Assembly (NCBI GenBank): GCA_947624165.1
Contig: CANQJC010000006.1
Location: 14,861-78,860, forward strand
DNA from: an uncultured Clostridia bacterium
Lineage (GTDB): Bacteria > Bacillota > Clostridia > UBA1381
Reading direction: 5' to 3'
DNA length: 64,000 nucleotides
Part shown: piece by piece, positions 1 to 10,322 of the stretch
Layout: each line of letters starts with the position of its first letter
Position numbering within the stretch: the first letter of the stretch is position 1
The notes under the pieces: generated by a model
Seen by the model: only the letters and a program-made list of their open reading frames with translations
Told to the model about the DNA's origin: nothing
Databases searched by the model: none
Made by a program: the position numbers and the translations under genes

Positions 1-2
1 AC

Positions 3-2534
3 AAGACCACTCGGTTTATAATATCGAGCCTTATAATACTGTCCGTGCTTTGTATTTGCATTTTTTCGGTTTTGGCTGTGTACATGAACGGAAAAAGCAA
101 GACCACGATAGACGAAGTCGGCTCCGTTTATATGAAAGGTGTAAGCGAACAGATATCCATGCATTTTCAGTCTACCATGGATCTGCGTCTCTCGCAGCTT
201 GAATATTGGTATACGAGCGACATAGCGGGACATGAAAACGACGCGCCTGTGCGCGAGACCTTCGCCGTAAACGCGAGGGCGCGCGGTTATGACGCGCTTG
301 CTTTTTATTACGGCGGCGAGAATCTGGATATGGTATACGGCGACGGACTGAAGCTTGAAAATCCCGATGAGATCGAACGCTCGTTCCGGCGCGAGGAAAG
401 ACGGATAAGCGTCGGCAAAACCACGGACGGCAAAACCGTCGCGCTCATGGGCATACCGTCAAAAAATACCGGCGGCGGTGAAAACGCTTGCAAAGGACTT
501 ATTGCCGCGATGGACATGGATTATCTGAGCCGTACCTTCTCGCTCGAACAGGACGACACTCTCGTATATTCGCATATTATCCTGCATGACGGCAGCTTCG
601 TCCTGCGCAGCGCGGACGAGAAACGCGACAATTATTTCGACCGCATACGCGACGCGGATACTCCTAACGAGGATATCCAGACCGCTTACATAGAGAATCT
701 CAAAACGGCGATGCAAAACGGCGAGGACTATACGGGCGAATTTCCGACGAAGAATGAAATGCGCCGTATGTACTGTACGCCCCTGGCGTATTCCGACTGG
801 TACCTTGTCACGGTAATGCCCTACGGAATGTTGAACCAATCCCTGAACGGTTTAAGCCGAAGCTTGATACTAAGTGCGCTCGGCTCATGCGGAGTGCTTC
901 TCATAGTATTTGTCGCGATATTCTTTATTTACTTCCGCCTGACGCGTATTCAGATGAAGGAAATCGAAAAGGCGCGCGAGGAAGCCATACACGCCACAAA
1001 AGCGAAAAGCGAATTTTTGTCCAATATGAGCCACGACATACGCACGCCGATGAACGCCATCGTCGGCATGACGGCTATTGCCACCGCGAATATAGACAAC
1101 AAGGACCAGGTCAAGAACTGCCTGAAAAAAATCACGCTTTCGAGCCGTCATCTTCTCGGACTTATAAACGACGTGCTCGACATGTCAAAAATCGAAAGCG
1201 GCAAAATGACGCTCAATATGGACAGAATATCTCTGCGCGAGATAATGGACGGTATCGTCAACATAGCGCAGCCGCAGGTCAAGGCGAAGGGACAGCAGTT
1301 TGACGTACTTATACAGGATATATCCTGCGAGAACGTGTACAGCGACAGCGTGCGTTTAAACCAGGTGCTTTTGAACCTCGTGTCGAACGCCGTCAAATTC
1401 ACGCCCGACGGCGGCTCGATACGAATCACGATGTATCAGGAACCGTCGGACATGGGCGGCAATTATGTCAAAACTCATATTATCGTAAAGGACACGGGTA
1501 TAGGAATGTCGCCGAACTTCTTGAAAATCGTGTTTGAATCCTACGCGAGAGAAGATATAGCGCGCGTCAAAAAGACAGAGGGCGCGGGTCTGGGCATGGC
1601 GATAACAAAATACATAGTGGACGCTATGGGCGGTACGATAGACGTCCAAAGCCGTCCCGGACGCGGAAGCGAATTTCACGTAACGATAGATTTTGAAAAA
1701 GCAACCGAAGATGAGAAGGATATGCTTCTGCCGAATTGGAACATGCTCGTGGTCGACGACGACGAGCAGCTTTGCAGATCCACGGTCGATTCACTGGACG
1801 AGATAGGCGTGAACGCCGAATGGACGCTCGACGGAGAAAGCGCGCTGGATATGGTTGCAAAACGCCGCGCGGAAAATAATGATTATCACGTGATACTTCT
1901 CGACTGGAAGCTCCCCGGAATGGACGGAGTGGAAACCGCGCGTGAAATACGTAAACACGCCGGCGGCGATGTACCGATACTTTTGATCTCGGCATACGAT
2001 TGGAGCGAGATCGAGGACGACGCGCGAGACGCCGGCGTCACGGGATTTATTTCAAAGCCGCTGTTTAAATCGACGCTTTACTACGGTCTTAAGAAATTCG
2101 CCGACATTCCCGACGGCGGCGAATCCGAGAAGGAGTATAAAATAAGCTTCGAGGGCAAAAAGGTGCTTATGGCGGAGGACAACGAGCTTAACTGGGAGAT
2201 AGCGTCGGAGCTGCTGTCGGATCTCGGTATGGAGCTCGACTGGGCGCAGAACGGTCAGATATGTCTCGACAAATTCCGCTCCTCGCCGGAGCATTATTAC
2301 GACGCCGTGCTTATGGATATACGCATGCCTGTGATGAGCGGTTACGACGCCACGAAGGCGATACGCGCCGAACAGCGTTCCGATTCGGATATACCGATAA
2401 TCGCCATGACGGCTGACGCGTTCGCCGAGGATATCAGGAAATGTCTGGAATGCGGTATGAACGCGCATATCGCGAAGCCTATCGACATACGCGAGGTCGC
2501 GAAGCTCCTCAAAAAACACATGAAGGAAAAATAA
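3..2534 (+). CDS. Hybrid sensor histidine kinase/response regulator (TM-sensor-TM, HisKA, HATPase, two receiver domains); 5' end probably upstream of the window
   Basis: H-box FLSNMSHDIRTPMN, N-box QVLLNLVSNAVKF, DTGIG and GAGLG G-boxes, receivers LLDWKLPGMDG and LMDIRMPVMSG; frame is open back to base 3. Confidence 0.93.
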   Translation, partial: KTTRFIISSLIILSVLCICIFSVLAVYMNGKSKTTIDEVGSVYMKGVSEQISMHFQSTMDLRLSQLEYWYTSDIAGHENDAPVRETFAVNARARGYDALAFYYGGENLDMVYGDGLKLENPDEIERSFRREERRISVGKTTDGKTVALMGIPSKNTGGGENACKGLIAAMDMDYLSRTFSLEQDDTLVYSHIILHDGSFVLRSADEKRDNYFDRIRDADTPNEDIQTAYIENLKTAMQNGEDYTGEFPTKNEMRRMYCTPLAYSDWYLVTVMPYGMLNQSLNGLSRSLILSALGSCGVLLIVFVAIFFIYFRLTRIQMKEIEKAREEAIHATKAKSEFLSNMSHDIRTPMNAIVGMTAIATANIDNKDQVKNCLKKITLSSRHLLGLINDVLDMSKIESGKMTLNMDRISLREIMDGIVNIAQPQVKAKGQQFDVLIQDISCENVYSDSVRLNQVLLNLVSNAVKFTPDGGSIRITMYQEPSDMGGNYVKTHIIVKDTGIGMSPNFLKIVFESYAREDIARVKKTEGAGLGMAITKYIVDAMGGTIDVQSRPGRGSEFHVTIDFEKATEDEKDMLLPNWNMLVVDDDEQLCRSTVDSLDEIGVNAEWTLDGESALDMVAKRRAENNDYHVILLDWKLPGMDGVETAREIRKHAGGDVPILLISAYDWSEIEDDARDAGVTGFISKPLFKSTLYYGLKKFADIPDGGESEKEYKISFEGKKVLMAEDNELNWEIASELLSDLGMELDWAQNGQICLDKFRSSPEHYYDAVLMDIRMPVMSGYDATKAIRAEQRSDSDIPIIAMTADAFAEDIRKCLECGMNAHIAKPIDIREVAKLLKKHMKEK

Positions 2535-2569
2535 AATTAAAAACCGCTTTTTAAAGCGGTTTTTAATTT
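2534..2569 (+). terminator. Intrinsic terminator
   Basis: AAATTAAAAACCGCTTT / AAAGCGGTTTTTAATTT inverted repeat right after the stop codon. Confidence 0.8.
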
Positions 2570-2621
2570 ACTTGACTGTTATCGTAAAAATGGTATATAA
2601 TACACATAAGGAGGCGGTAAA

Positions 2622-3488
2622 ATGAAATCCAAAGTTTATTTCTCAAAGACGATCTCACCCGAAACCGTGCTCGAGCTGTACAAGAAGCTCGGCAAAAATC
2701 TTGACGGAAAAGTCGCGGTAAAGATACATTCGGGCGAAGAAGGCAATCAGAATTTTCTGAAGCCGGATTTTTGGAAGCCGGTAGTCGATTACGTCAAAGG
2801 CGTCGTGACGGAATGTAACACAGCATACGAAGGCGCGCGCGACACCACCGAAAAGCATATAAAGACTTTGAAAAAACACGGCTGGACCGACGCGTTCGAA
2901 GTGGATCTGCTTGACGCGGAAGGGGACGATATGGTTCTCGATATACCGAACGGCAAGCGTATAAAGAAAAACTATGTCGGTAAAAATCTCGCGAACTACG
3001 ACTCCATGCTCGTGCTCGCGCACTTCAAAGGACACCCGATGGGCGGTTACGGCGGCGCGCTGAAGCAGATATCAATAGGCGTCGCTTCGTCGTTCGGCAA
3101 ATCATATATCCACGGCGCGGGCGACCCCGACGCGTTTTGGACGTCGGATCATGATTCGTTCCTCGAATCCATGGCTGACGCGGCAAGATCCGTGTCTGAT
3201 TATTTCCGCGGCAATATCGCGTATATAAACGTTATGTGCAATATGTCGGTAGACTGCGACTGCTGCGCGGTAGCCGAGGACCCGTGTATGAAGGACATAG
3301 GCATACTCGCTTCGCTTGACCCTGTGGCAATCGACAAGGCGTGTCTCGATTTAGTCTACGCGGCGACAGACGACCCCGGACAAGGACATTTGATAGAGCG
3401 TATCGAAAGCCGCAACGGCGCGCATACGATCGACGCCGCTTACGCGCTCGGCGTGGGAAGCAAGGATTACGAGCTTATAGAATGTTAA
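2622..3488 (+). CDS. DUF362 family Fe-S protein
   Basis: VAVKIHSGE, HFKGH..GGYGGALKQ and DCDC motifs; RBS AGGAGG. Confidence 0.85.
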   Translation: MKSKVYFSKTISPETVLELYKKLGKNLDGKVAVKIHSGEEGNQNFLKPDFWKPVVDYVKGVVTECNTAYEGARDTTEKHIKTLKKHGWTDAFEVDLLDAEGDDMVLDIPNGKRIKKNYVGKNLANYDSMLVLAHFKGHPMGGYGGALKQISIGVASSFGKSYIHGAGDPDAFWTSDHDSFLESMADAARSVSDYFRGNIAYINVMCNMSVDCDCCAVAEDPCMKDIGILASLDPVAIDKACLDLVYAATDDPGQGHLIERIESRNGAHTIDAAYALGVGSKDYELIEC

Positions 3489-3499
3489 AATCGACACGA

Positions 3500-3527
3500 A
3501 AAAAAAGGACGCGCGCGTCCTTTTTTT
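3500..3527. terminator. Bidirectional intrinsic terminator
   Basis: A7-GGACGC-gc-GCGTCC-T7 between convergent genes. Confidence 0.8.
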
Positions 3528-3533
3528 GTTCTG

Positions 3534-4907
3534 TCATTTTCTCTCTCCGAGAGGTATATACGGCTTATGCTCCGCGACGCTTTTGTACGCGGGACGTATA
3601 ATTTTTCCCGGGTTGACAAGCTCTTCTATCCTGTGCGCCGACCAGCCGGAAATACGCGCTACGGCGAACATCGGCGTGTACAGCTCCATCGGCAGATCGA
3701 GCATACCGTAAACGAAGCCGGAATAAAAATCCACGTTCGCGCTCACGCCCTTGTACATTTTCCGCTTTTCCGCGATCACCTGCGGCGCGAGACGTTCCAC
3801 GCGCGAATACAAATCAAATTCCTCGCCGCGGTTCTTTTGAAGCGAAAGCTTTTCGACGAAAGCCTTAAACACGTTCGCTCTCGGATCCGACAGAGAATAT
3901 ACCGCGTGTCCCATACCGTATATGAGACCCGCGCGGTCGAACGCTTTCTTTTCGAGCAGATCGGATAAATACTGTTCTATCTCTCTGTCGTCGTGCCAGT
4001 TGGAAATATTCTTTTTCATATCCTCAAACATCTGCGTAACCTTGATGTTTGCTCCTCCGTGCCTGGGTCCCTTGAGCGCGCCGAGCGACGCGGCTATCGT
4101 AGAATACGTGTCCGTACCGGTAGACGTTACGACGTGCGTTGTGAACGTCGAGTTGTTGCCGCCGCCATGCTCCGCGTGTAGGATAAGAGCGAGGTCGAGT
4201 ATCTTCGCTTCAAGATGCGTGTAGCTGCTGTCGCTTCTGAGCATATGAAGTATATTTTCGGCTGTGGAAAGCTCGCTCTTCGGCGCGTGTACTATAAAAC
4301 TGTCGTTGGCGTGATAATATTTGAACGCCTGGTATCCGTACACGGCAAGAAGCGGAAACTGCGCTATAAGCTGGAGACACTGACGCAGCACGTTCGGCAG
4401 AGAAATGTCGTCCGCTTTGTCGTCGTAGGCGTAAAGCGTAAGCACGCTCCTCGAAAGCGCGTTCATCATATCTCGGCTCGGAGCCTGCATGATTATGTCG
4501 CGCACAAACGACGGCGGTATCGTCCTGAGCTTGGAAAGCGTATTGTTGAAAATATCGAGTTTTTCCGCTGTCGGCAGCTCGCCGAACAGCAAAAGATATG
4601 TAACCTCCTCGAACCCGAAACGGTCGTCCCGTATAAATCCCTTTATAAGCTCCTCAACGTCATAGCCGTGATAATACAGCTTGCCGTCGCATGGCTCGGT
4701 CGTTCCGTCGGGAAGAGTGTTATAGGCGTGTATTTCTCCGATTTCGGTAAGACCGGTAAGCACACCCTTGCCGTTTATGTCTCTCAACCCCCTTTTCACA
4801 TCATATTTTGCGTATAATTCAGGGTTTATCAATTTATTTCGCTTACATACTTCAAGCATTTCAAGCATTTCGGGGGTGACTTCCACGGGTACAATTTTTT
4901 CTCGCAT
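3534..4907 (-). CDS. gltA: Citrate synthase (Si-type)
   Basis: LHAEHGGGNNST, GPRHGGAN, YGMGHAVY, ANVDFYSG, ARISGWSAH motifs. Confidence 0.93.
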   Translation of the reverse strand: MREKIVPVEVTPEMLEMLEVCKRNKLINPELYAKYDVKRGLRDINGKGVLTGLTEIGEIHAYNTLPDGTTEPCDGKLYYHGYDVEELIKGFIRDDRFGFEEVTYLLLFGELPTAEKLDIFNNTLSKLRTIPPSFVRDIIMQAPSRDMMNALSRSVLTLYAYDDKADDISLPNVLRQCLQLIAQFPLLAVYGYQAFKYYHANDSFIVHAPKSELSTAENILHMLRSDSSYTHLEAKILDLALILHAEHGGGNNSTFTTHVVTSTGTDTYSTIAASLGALKGPRHGGANIKVTQMFEDMKKNISNWHDDREIEQYLSDLLEKKAFDRAGLIYGMGHAVYSLSDPRANVFKAFVEKLSLQKNRGEEFDLYSRVERLAPQVIAEKRKMYKGVSANVDFYSGFVYGMLDLPMELYTPMFAVARISGWSAHRIEELVNPGKIIRPAYKSVAEHKPYIPLGERK

Positions 4908-5086
4908 AATAAATTCCTCCGTTTCTATAAGTATATGTAAAACTTTATTGCAATATTACTTAGTGAGAAATATTATAACAGATAATACGATTAAAATCAA
5001 TAAAAATTATGTTAACTTATTGTTAATTATTTTTTTTTGTGATATACTTAATCTATAATACCGATTTCAGGAAAGGAATGATAAAT

Positions 5087-5620
5087 ATGGTATATGTAAT
5101 GCTTGCCGACGGGTTTGAGGAAACCGAAGCAATAGAGCCGATAGACATTCTTCGCCGCGGCGGCGCGGACGTTCGGACGGTCGGCGTAAAAGGGAAAAGC
5201 GTCAAGGGCGCGCACGGCGTGATCGTTACCGCCGACATAGGTATGGACGAAGCAGATCCCGAGGATATGGAGCTTTTGATGCTGCCCGGCGGCGCGGGAC
5301 ATGAGATACTGGACGCGTCAAACGAGGTACATTCTCTCATAAGCTACGCCGTTTCGAACGGAATTTATATAGCCGCGATATGCGCCGCGCCTTCGATTAT
5401 CGGCAAACGAATGATACTCGAAGGAAAAAAAGCGACCTGCTTCCCCGGCTATGAAAAATACCTTTACGGAGCTGAAGTGACGGGCGAAAAGGTCGTTACG
5501 GACGGAAAAATAATTACCGCGAAGGGCGCGGGAGCGGCGTCGGATTTCGGCTTCGCCATGCTCGCCGCATTAAAAAACAAGGAAACCGCCGACAAGATAA
5601 AGGAGATCATGCAATATTGA
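5087..5620 (+). CDS. DJ-1/PfpI family (YajL/ThiJ-like) protein
   Basis: LADGFEETEA, LPGG, AAICAAP nucleophile elbow, ATCFPG. Confidence 0.9.
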   Translation: MVYVMLADGFEETEAIEPIDILRRGGADVRTVGVKGKSVKGAHGVIVTADIGMDEADPEDMELLMLPGGAGHEILDASNEVHSLISYAVSNGIYIAAICAAPSIIGKRMILEGKKATCFPGYEKYLYGAEVTGEKVVTDGKIITAKGAGAASDFGFAMLAALKNKETADKIKEIMQY

Positions 5621-6165
5621 CCAAGGATAAATTACGTCTTGAAATGCGCGCGAAACGCCGTTCACTGACGAAGGACGAGCGCGCGAGGATGAGCGCGCAG
5701 ATAACGAGCCGTCTTTACACGATAGACGCGTTCAACGCCGCGAACGCCGTATGCGTATATATGTCCGCGTTCAACGAACCCGACACGAACAAAATAATAC
5801 GCTACCTACGCGCGCGCGGCGCGGAGGTGACCGCGCCCGTTACCGATACGGCGTCCGGCACCCTCACAATCCTGCGCGCGGAGCCGGACAGTATGAAGAT
5901 AGGAGCATACGGAATATACGAGCCTGCCGGCGCGCCGCCGGAAAAGGAGCCGGACGTGATCCTCGTACCGGGACTTGCCTTTGACCGCCGCGGAAGCAGG
6001 ACGGGCTTCGGCAAAGGCTTCTATGACAAGCTTCTCGCGTCGCTTCATTCCGTAAAAATCGGACTTTGCTATGATTTTCAGCTTTTCGGCGGGATCGAGC
6101 GCGCGGAACACGATATAAACATGGATTATATAGTTACGGAAAAGGAAATTGTGGAGGTAAGGTAA
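5617..6165 (+). CDS. 5-formyltetrahydrofolate cyclo-ligase
   Basis: VPGLAFDRRGSRTGFGKGFYDK, HDINMD; TTG start overlaps the upstream stop. Confidence 0.92.
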   Translation: MTKDKLRLEMRAKRRSLTKDERARMSAQITSRLYTIDAFNAANAVCVYMSAFNEPDTNKIIRYLRARGAEVTAPVTDTASGTLTILRAEPDSMKIGAYGIYEPAGAPPEKEPDVILVPGLAFDRRGSRTGFGKGFYDKLLASLHSVKIGLCYDFQLFGGIERAEHDINMDYIVTEKEIVEVR

Positions 6166-6927
6166 ATGCTTTTTGATTCACACGCCCACTATAACGACAA
6201 GCGTTTTGACGACGACCGCGACGCTGTTTTGTCGTCCATGCGGGAAAACAACGTGGGACGTATTTTAAACTCCTGCTCCTCTTTGGCTGAGGTCGGCGAC
6301 ATACTGGCAATATGCGAAAAATATCCGTTCGTGTACGCGTCCGTCGGAATACACCCGCATGAAGTCGCGGGGCTTACCGACGCCGATATGGACGCGCTCA
6401 TAAAGTACGCCGCGTATCCCAAGGTCAAGGCGATAGGCGAGATAGGTCTCGATTATTATTACGATTTTTCGCCGCGCGCCGAACAGAAGGAATGGTTCGC
6501 GCGTCAGGCGCAGATCGCTTCGGAGCTTAAAATGCCCGTCATCATTCATGACCGCGACGCGCACGGCGACTGCATGGATATTCTGCGTACCGTGGACGTG
6601 AGCGGCGTTTTCCACTGTTATTCCGGCAGTAAGGAAATGGCGCGCGAAATACTTGATAAGGGTATGTATATCGCTTTCGGCGGTTCGCTGACATTCAAAA
6701 AGGCGGCGCGCCCGATCGAGGCAGCGTCATACGTGCCGCTCGACAGGATACTGATAGAAACCGACTGCCCGTATCTTACCCCCGAACCGCACCGCGGCAA
6801 GCGCAACAGCTCTTTGTATATCCATTACGTAGCCGAGAAGCTCGCACAGATAAAGGGTCTTACGGTAGAGGAAATTGAACGCGCGACATACGAAAACGCC
6901 GAAAAGTGCTTCGGCATAACCGAATAA
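6166..6927 (+). CDS. tatD: TatD family hydrolase
   Basis: DSHAH, GIHPH, IGEIGLDYY, IETDCPYL. Confidence 0.93.
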   Translation: MLFDSHAHYNDKRFDDDRDAVLSSMRENNVGRILNSCSSLAEVGDILAICEKYPFVYASVGIHPHEVAGLTDADMDALIKYAAYPKVKAIGEIGLDYYYDFSPRAEQKEWFARQAQIASELKMPVIIHDRDAHGDCMDILRTVDVSGVFHCYSGSKEMAREILDKGMYIAFGGSLTFKKAARPIEAASYVPLDRILIETDCPYLTPEPHRGKRNSSLYIHYVAEKLAQIKGLTVEEIERATYENAEKCFGITE

Positions 6928-6937
6928 AGGAGTAATT

Positions 6938-7900
6938 ATGTACGGATACGAAACCTTTCACGAGGAGCTTATGCGGAATTTGATAGATTCCGTTCATCAC
7001 GGACAAAGCTCCCACGCATATATATTCGAGGGCAGCATGGGCTTGAACACGCTCGGCGCGGCGCGCCTTTTCGCGGCGGCTCTCGCCTGCCCGAACAACG
7101 AGATCGCGCCCTGCGGCGCGTGTCCTTCCTGCATCGAAGCAAAGGCGAACACAAACCCCGATATAGTATACGTCAATTCCGGCGCGAAGAAAAGCATCGG
7201 CGCGGAACAAATGCGCTCTCTCGAAACGGACGTCGCGATAAAACCCTTTGCCGCGAAACGCAAAATTTACATCATAGAGGACGGCACGCAGCTCACGGAA
7301 GCGGCGCAGAACGTTCTTTTGAAAACCTTCGAGGAGCCGCCGGAGTACGCCGTTTTTATAATTGTGATTGAAAATGCGGCGCAGCTTCTTGAAACCGTAC
7401 TGTCGCGCTTTACGCTCGTGCATTTTCCTCCCGTGACCGACGAGACAGTCGAAAAATACATAACGGAGAAATATCCCGAGGAATCCGAACGTCTGCCGTT
7501 CCTCGTCCGATACAGCGCGGGTATTCCCGGCGAAGCGGACAGGATAATTTCCGACCCGGATTTCGACGCGCTCCGCGCAAGGTCGCTGGAAAAAATGTCC
7601 GCGCTGACGTCCTCCGACAGGACGGCGGCGTTTGACGCGCGCGCTTTTGTTGAAGAATATAAGGACAGATTTTCAGACATTCTCGCCTTCTGGGTCTCCT
7701 TCGCCCGCGACATGCTTCTTATACAGACCGGCTCTGGAGAAAATATCATAAACGCGGACAAAAGAGACGCTCTGCGCTCGCTCGCGTCAAAGACCGACCC
7801 CGCCCAAACGGTGAAATTATTCGAAAGAATACTGAAAGCGCATAAAATGAATTTGAGATTTGTCAGCCCGAAAGCCGTCGTTATGTGGCTTGCTCTTTAA
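6938..7900 (+). CDS. holB: DNA polymerase III delta' subunit
   Basis: SHAYIFEG, zinc module C..PCGACPSC, AAQNVLLKTFEEPP, LETVLSR. Confidence 0.88.
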   Translation: MYGYETFHEELMRNLIDSVHHGQSSHAYIFEGSMGLNTLGAARLFAAALACPNNEIAPCGACPSCIEAKANTNPDIVYVNSGAKKSIGAEQMRSLETDVAIKPFAAKRKIYIIEDGTQLTEAAQNVLLKTFEEPPEYAVFIIVIENAAQLLETVLSRFTLVHFPPVTDETVEKYITEKYPEESERLPFLVRYSAGIPGEADRIISDPDFDALRARSLEKMSALTSSDRTAAFDARAFVEEYKDRFSDILAFWVSFARDMLLIQTGSGENIINADKRDALRSLASKTDPAQTVKLFERILKAHKMNLRFVSPKAVVMWLAL

Positions 7901-7901
7901 A

Positions 7902-7971
7902 TTCGACATAAAAATATTTTTCTGTATTATTTTTACTTTTTATTGACAAGTTGTGACTGTTGTGGTATAAT
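7902..7971 (+). promoter_or_regulatory. sigmaA promoter of abrB with an upstream Spo0A box
   Basis: TTGACA(7943)-17-TATAAT; TTCGACA (reverse 0A box) at 7902-7908. Confidence 0.7.
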
Positions 7972-8004
7972 AATGTAAAAATAGAAATAACAGGAGTGAA
8001 CATT

Positions 8005-8256
8005 ATGAAATCTGTTGGAATTGTAAGAAAAGTTGATGAGCTGGGAAGAATTGTAATTCCTGTCGAATTGAGAAGAAAATTTGATATTGAAATCAAGGAC
8101 TCGATGGAAATATATACCGAGGACAATTGTATAATTCTGAAGAAATACGAGCCTTCGTGCATTTTCTGCGGCGACGCAAAGCAAATTTTCCAGTTCAACG
8201 GCAAAAACGTATGTCCCAACTGCGCGAAAGCGATGATGGGCTACGTAAAGGATTGA
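8005..8256 (+). CDS. abrB: AbrB family transition-state regulator
   Basis: MKSVGIVRKVDELGRIVIPVELRR, C-terminal CIFCG..CPNC. Confidence 0.95.
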   Translation: MKSVGIVRKVDELGRIVIPVELRRKFDIEIKDSMEIYTEDNCIILKKYEPSCIFCGDAKQIFQFNGKNVCPNCAKAMMGYVKD

Positions 8257-8293
8257 TCCAAAATCCCATGTGACGATCCTCAAAAAGAGATAA

Positions 8294-8323
8294 AAAAGAG
8301 CGTATCATACGATACGCTCTTTT
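8294..8323. terminator. Bidirectional terminator
   Basis: AAAAGAGCGTATC-atac-GATACGCTCTTTT between abrB and typA. Confidence 0.8.
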
Positions 8324-8333
8324 CGTTCTGATA

Positions 8334-10160
8334 TTATTTTTTACGGCTCATGGCTTTTGCGCGCAGACTTGTGTCAAGTATCTTCTTACGCATACGCAGA
8401 TGATTCGGCGTCACCTCCAGAAGCTCGTCGTCCGCGATGAAGTCGAGACACTGTTCAAGGCTCATCTCGCGCGGCGGCACGAGCTTGAGAGCGTCGTCGC
8501 TGCCGGAAGCGCGCGTATTTGTCGCGTGCTTTTTCTTGCACACGTTGACCGTGATATCCTCGAGACGCGAGCTTTCGCCGACGATCATTCCCTCGTATAC
8601 GCGTACGCCCGCGCCGATAAACAGAGTGCCGCGTTCCTGCGCGTTGTAAAGCCCGTAGGTTATCGTCGTTCCGTCCTCCCACGCGATAAGCGTGCCGCGC
8701 GTCCTGCCCGCGAAGTCGCCCTTATACGGCTCGTATTTTTCGAGAATACTGTTTATTATTCCCGTACCCTTCGTCGCGGTGAGCAGCTCGCTGCGGTACC
8801 CGATAAGCCCGCGCGACGGTATGAGAAATTCGAGACGCGTATATCCCTGAGCCGTGGGCGACATATTTGTCATTTCGCCCTTTCTGCCGATAACTCCGTC
8901 CATAACGACGCCGGTATATTCGTCGGGAACGTCGACCGTAAGTCTCTCCACAGGCTCGCACTTCACCCCGTCTATTTCCTTGTATATGACCACAGGGTTT
9001 GAAACCTGAAATTCGTATCCCTCGCGGCGCATGTTTTCTATCAGCACCGAAAGATGCAGCTCTCCGCGTCCCGAAACGGTAAAGCTTTCGGTCGTGTCGG
9101 TTTCCTCGACGCGCAGACTTACGTTTGAATCAAGCTCTCTGAAAAGCCTGTCGCGAAGGTGACGCGACGTGACGAATTTTCCGTCCTGTCCGGCAAAGGG
9201 ACTGTCGTTTACGCTGAACGTCATGGACAGAACGGGGTCGTCGATTTTAATAAACGGCAGCGGTTCGGGATTCTGCGCGTCGCAGACGGTTTCACCTATG
9301 TTTATGTCGGATATACCCGATATCGCCGCGACGTCGCCCGCGCCGACCGTGTCGCACGGAGTTTTCTTCAGACCTTCAAATACGAAAAGCTTGGTTGCCT
9401 TCGCGTGCGTGACCTTGCCGTCGTGCGTGCATATTGAAAGCGGCATATTCACGCTCACGCTGCCGCGCTGTATTTTTCCGACGGCGATCCTGCCCGTATA
9501 TTCGTCGTAATCTATATTCGAGACAAGCATCTGGAACGGCGCGTCCTCTTCGCAGTCGGGACACGGTATATAGTTTACGATAAGCTCGAAAAGATCCGTC
9601 AGATCCTCCTTGGGATGCTCGGGATTATATTCCGCGGTAGCCCAGCCGTCGCGTCCCGACGCGTATATAACGGGCGTGTCGAGCTGTTCCTCGGTCGCGC
9701 CCAGATCTATAAACAAATCGAGTACTTCGTCGATGACCTCGTACGGACGCGCGTTCGGACGGTCCACCTTGTTCACGACGATAACGGGTTTTAAATTCAG
9801 CGAAAGAGCCTTTGAAAGAACGAAGCGCGTCTGCGGCATACAGCCCTCGAACGCGTCCACGAGAAGCAGAACGCCGTCGACCATTTCAAGCCCGCGCTCC
9901 ACCTCGCCGCCGAAATCCGCGTGACCCGGCGTATCTATTATATTTATTTTTACGTCCTTATAATAAAGCGATGTGTTTTTCGCCAAAATCGTGATACCGC
10001 GCTCTCTTTCAAGGTCGTTCGAGTCCATGACCCTTTCGTCCACCTGCTCGTTTTCGCGGAAGGTGCCGCTTTGCGCGAGCATAGCGTCCACGAGCGTCGT
10101 CTTGCCGTGGTCAACGTGAGCGATGATCGCTATGTTTCTTATGTTTTTTCTGTTTATCAT
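8334..10160 (-). CDS. typA: Translational GTPase TypA/BipA
   Basis: IAHVDHGKTTLVD, DTPGHADFGGEVER, SGRGELHL, BipA C-terminal domain. Confidence 0.97.
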   Translation of the reverse strand: MINRKNIRNIAIIAHVDHGKTTLVDAMLAQSGTFRENEQVDERVMDSNDLERERGITILAKNTSLYYKDVKINIIDTPGHADFGGEVERGLEMVDGVLLLVDAFEGCMPQTRFVLSKALSLNLKPVIVVNKVDRPNARPYEVIDEVLDLFIDLGATEEQLDTPVIYASGRDGWATAEYNPEHPKEDLTDLFELIVNYIPCPDCEEDAPFQMLVSNIDYDEYTGRIAVGKIQRGSVSVNMPLSICTHDGKVTHAKATKLFVFEGLKKTPCDTVGAGDVAAISGISDINIGETVCDAQNPEPLPFIKIDDPVLSMTFSVNDSPFAGQDGKFVTSRHLRDRLFRELDSNVSLRVEETDTTESFTVSGRGELHLSVLIENMRREGYEFQVSNPVVIYKEIDGVKCEPVERLTVDVPDEYTGVVMDGVIGRKGEMTNMSPTAQGYTRLEFLIPSRGLIGYRSELLTATKGTGIINSILEKYEPYKGDFAGRTRGTLIAWEDGTTITYGLYNAQERGTLFIGAGVRVYEGMIVGESSRLEDITVNVCKKKHATNTRASGSDDALKLVPPREMSLEQCLDFIADDELLEVTPNHLRMRKKILDTSLRAKAMSRKK

Positions 10161-10322
10161 AAATTTTTACCTCTTTTCCGCATCGGTTTATTATACACCT
10201 TTTTTCCCGCCCTGACAATATTTTCGGCAAAAAAACAGTATAATGTACAAATTCGCGCGTCGGTCGGACATAAAATGATACAATACGAAACAAAAACGCC
10301 GTTTGAAGCGGCGTTTTGATAT

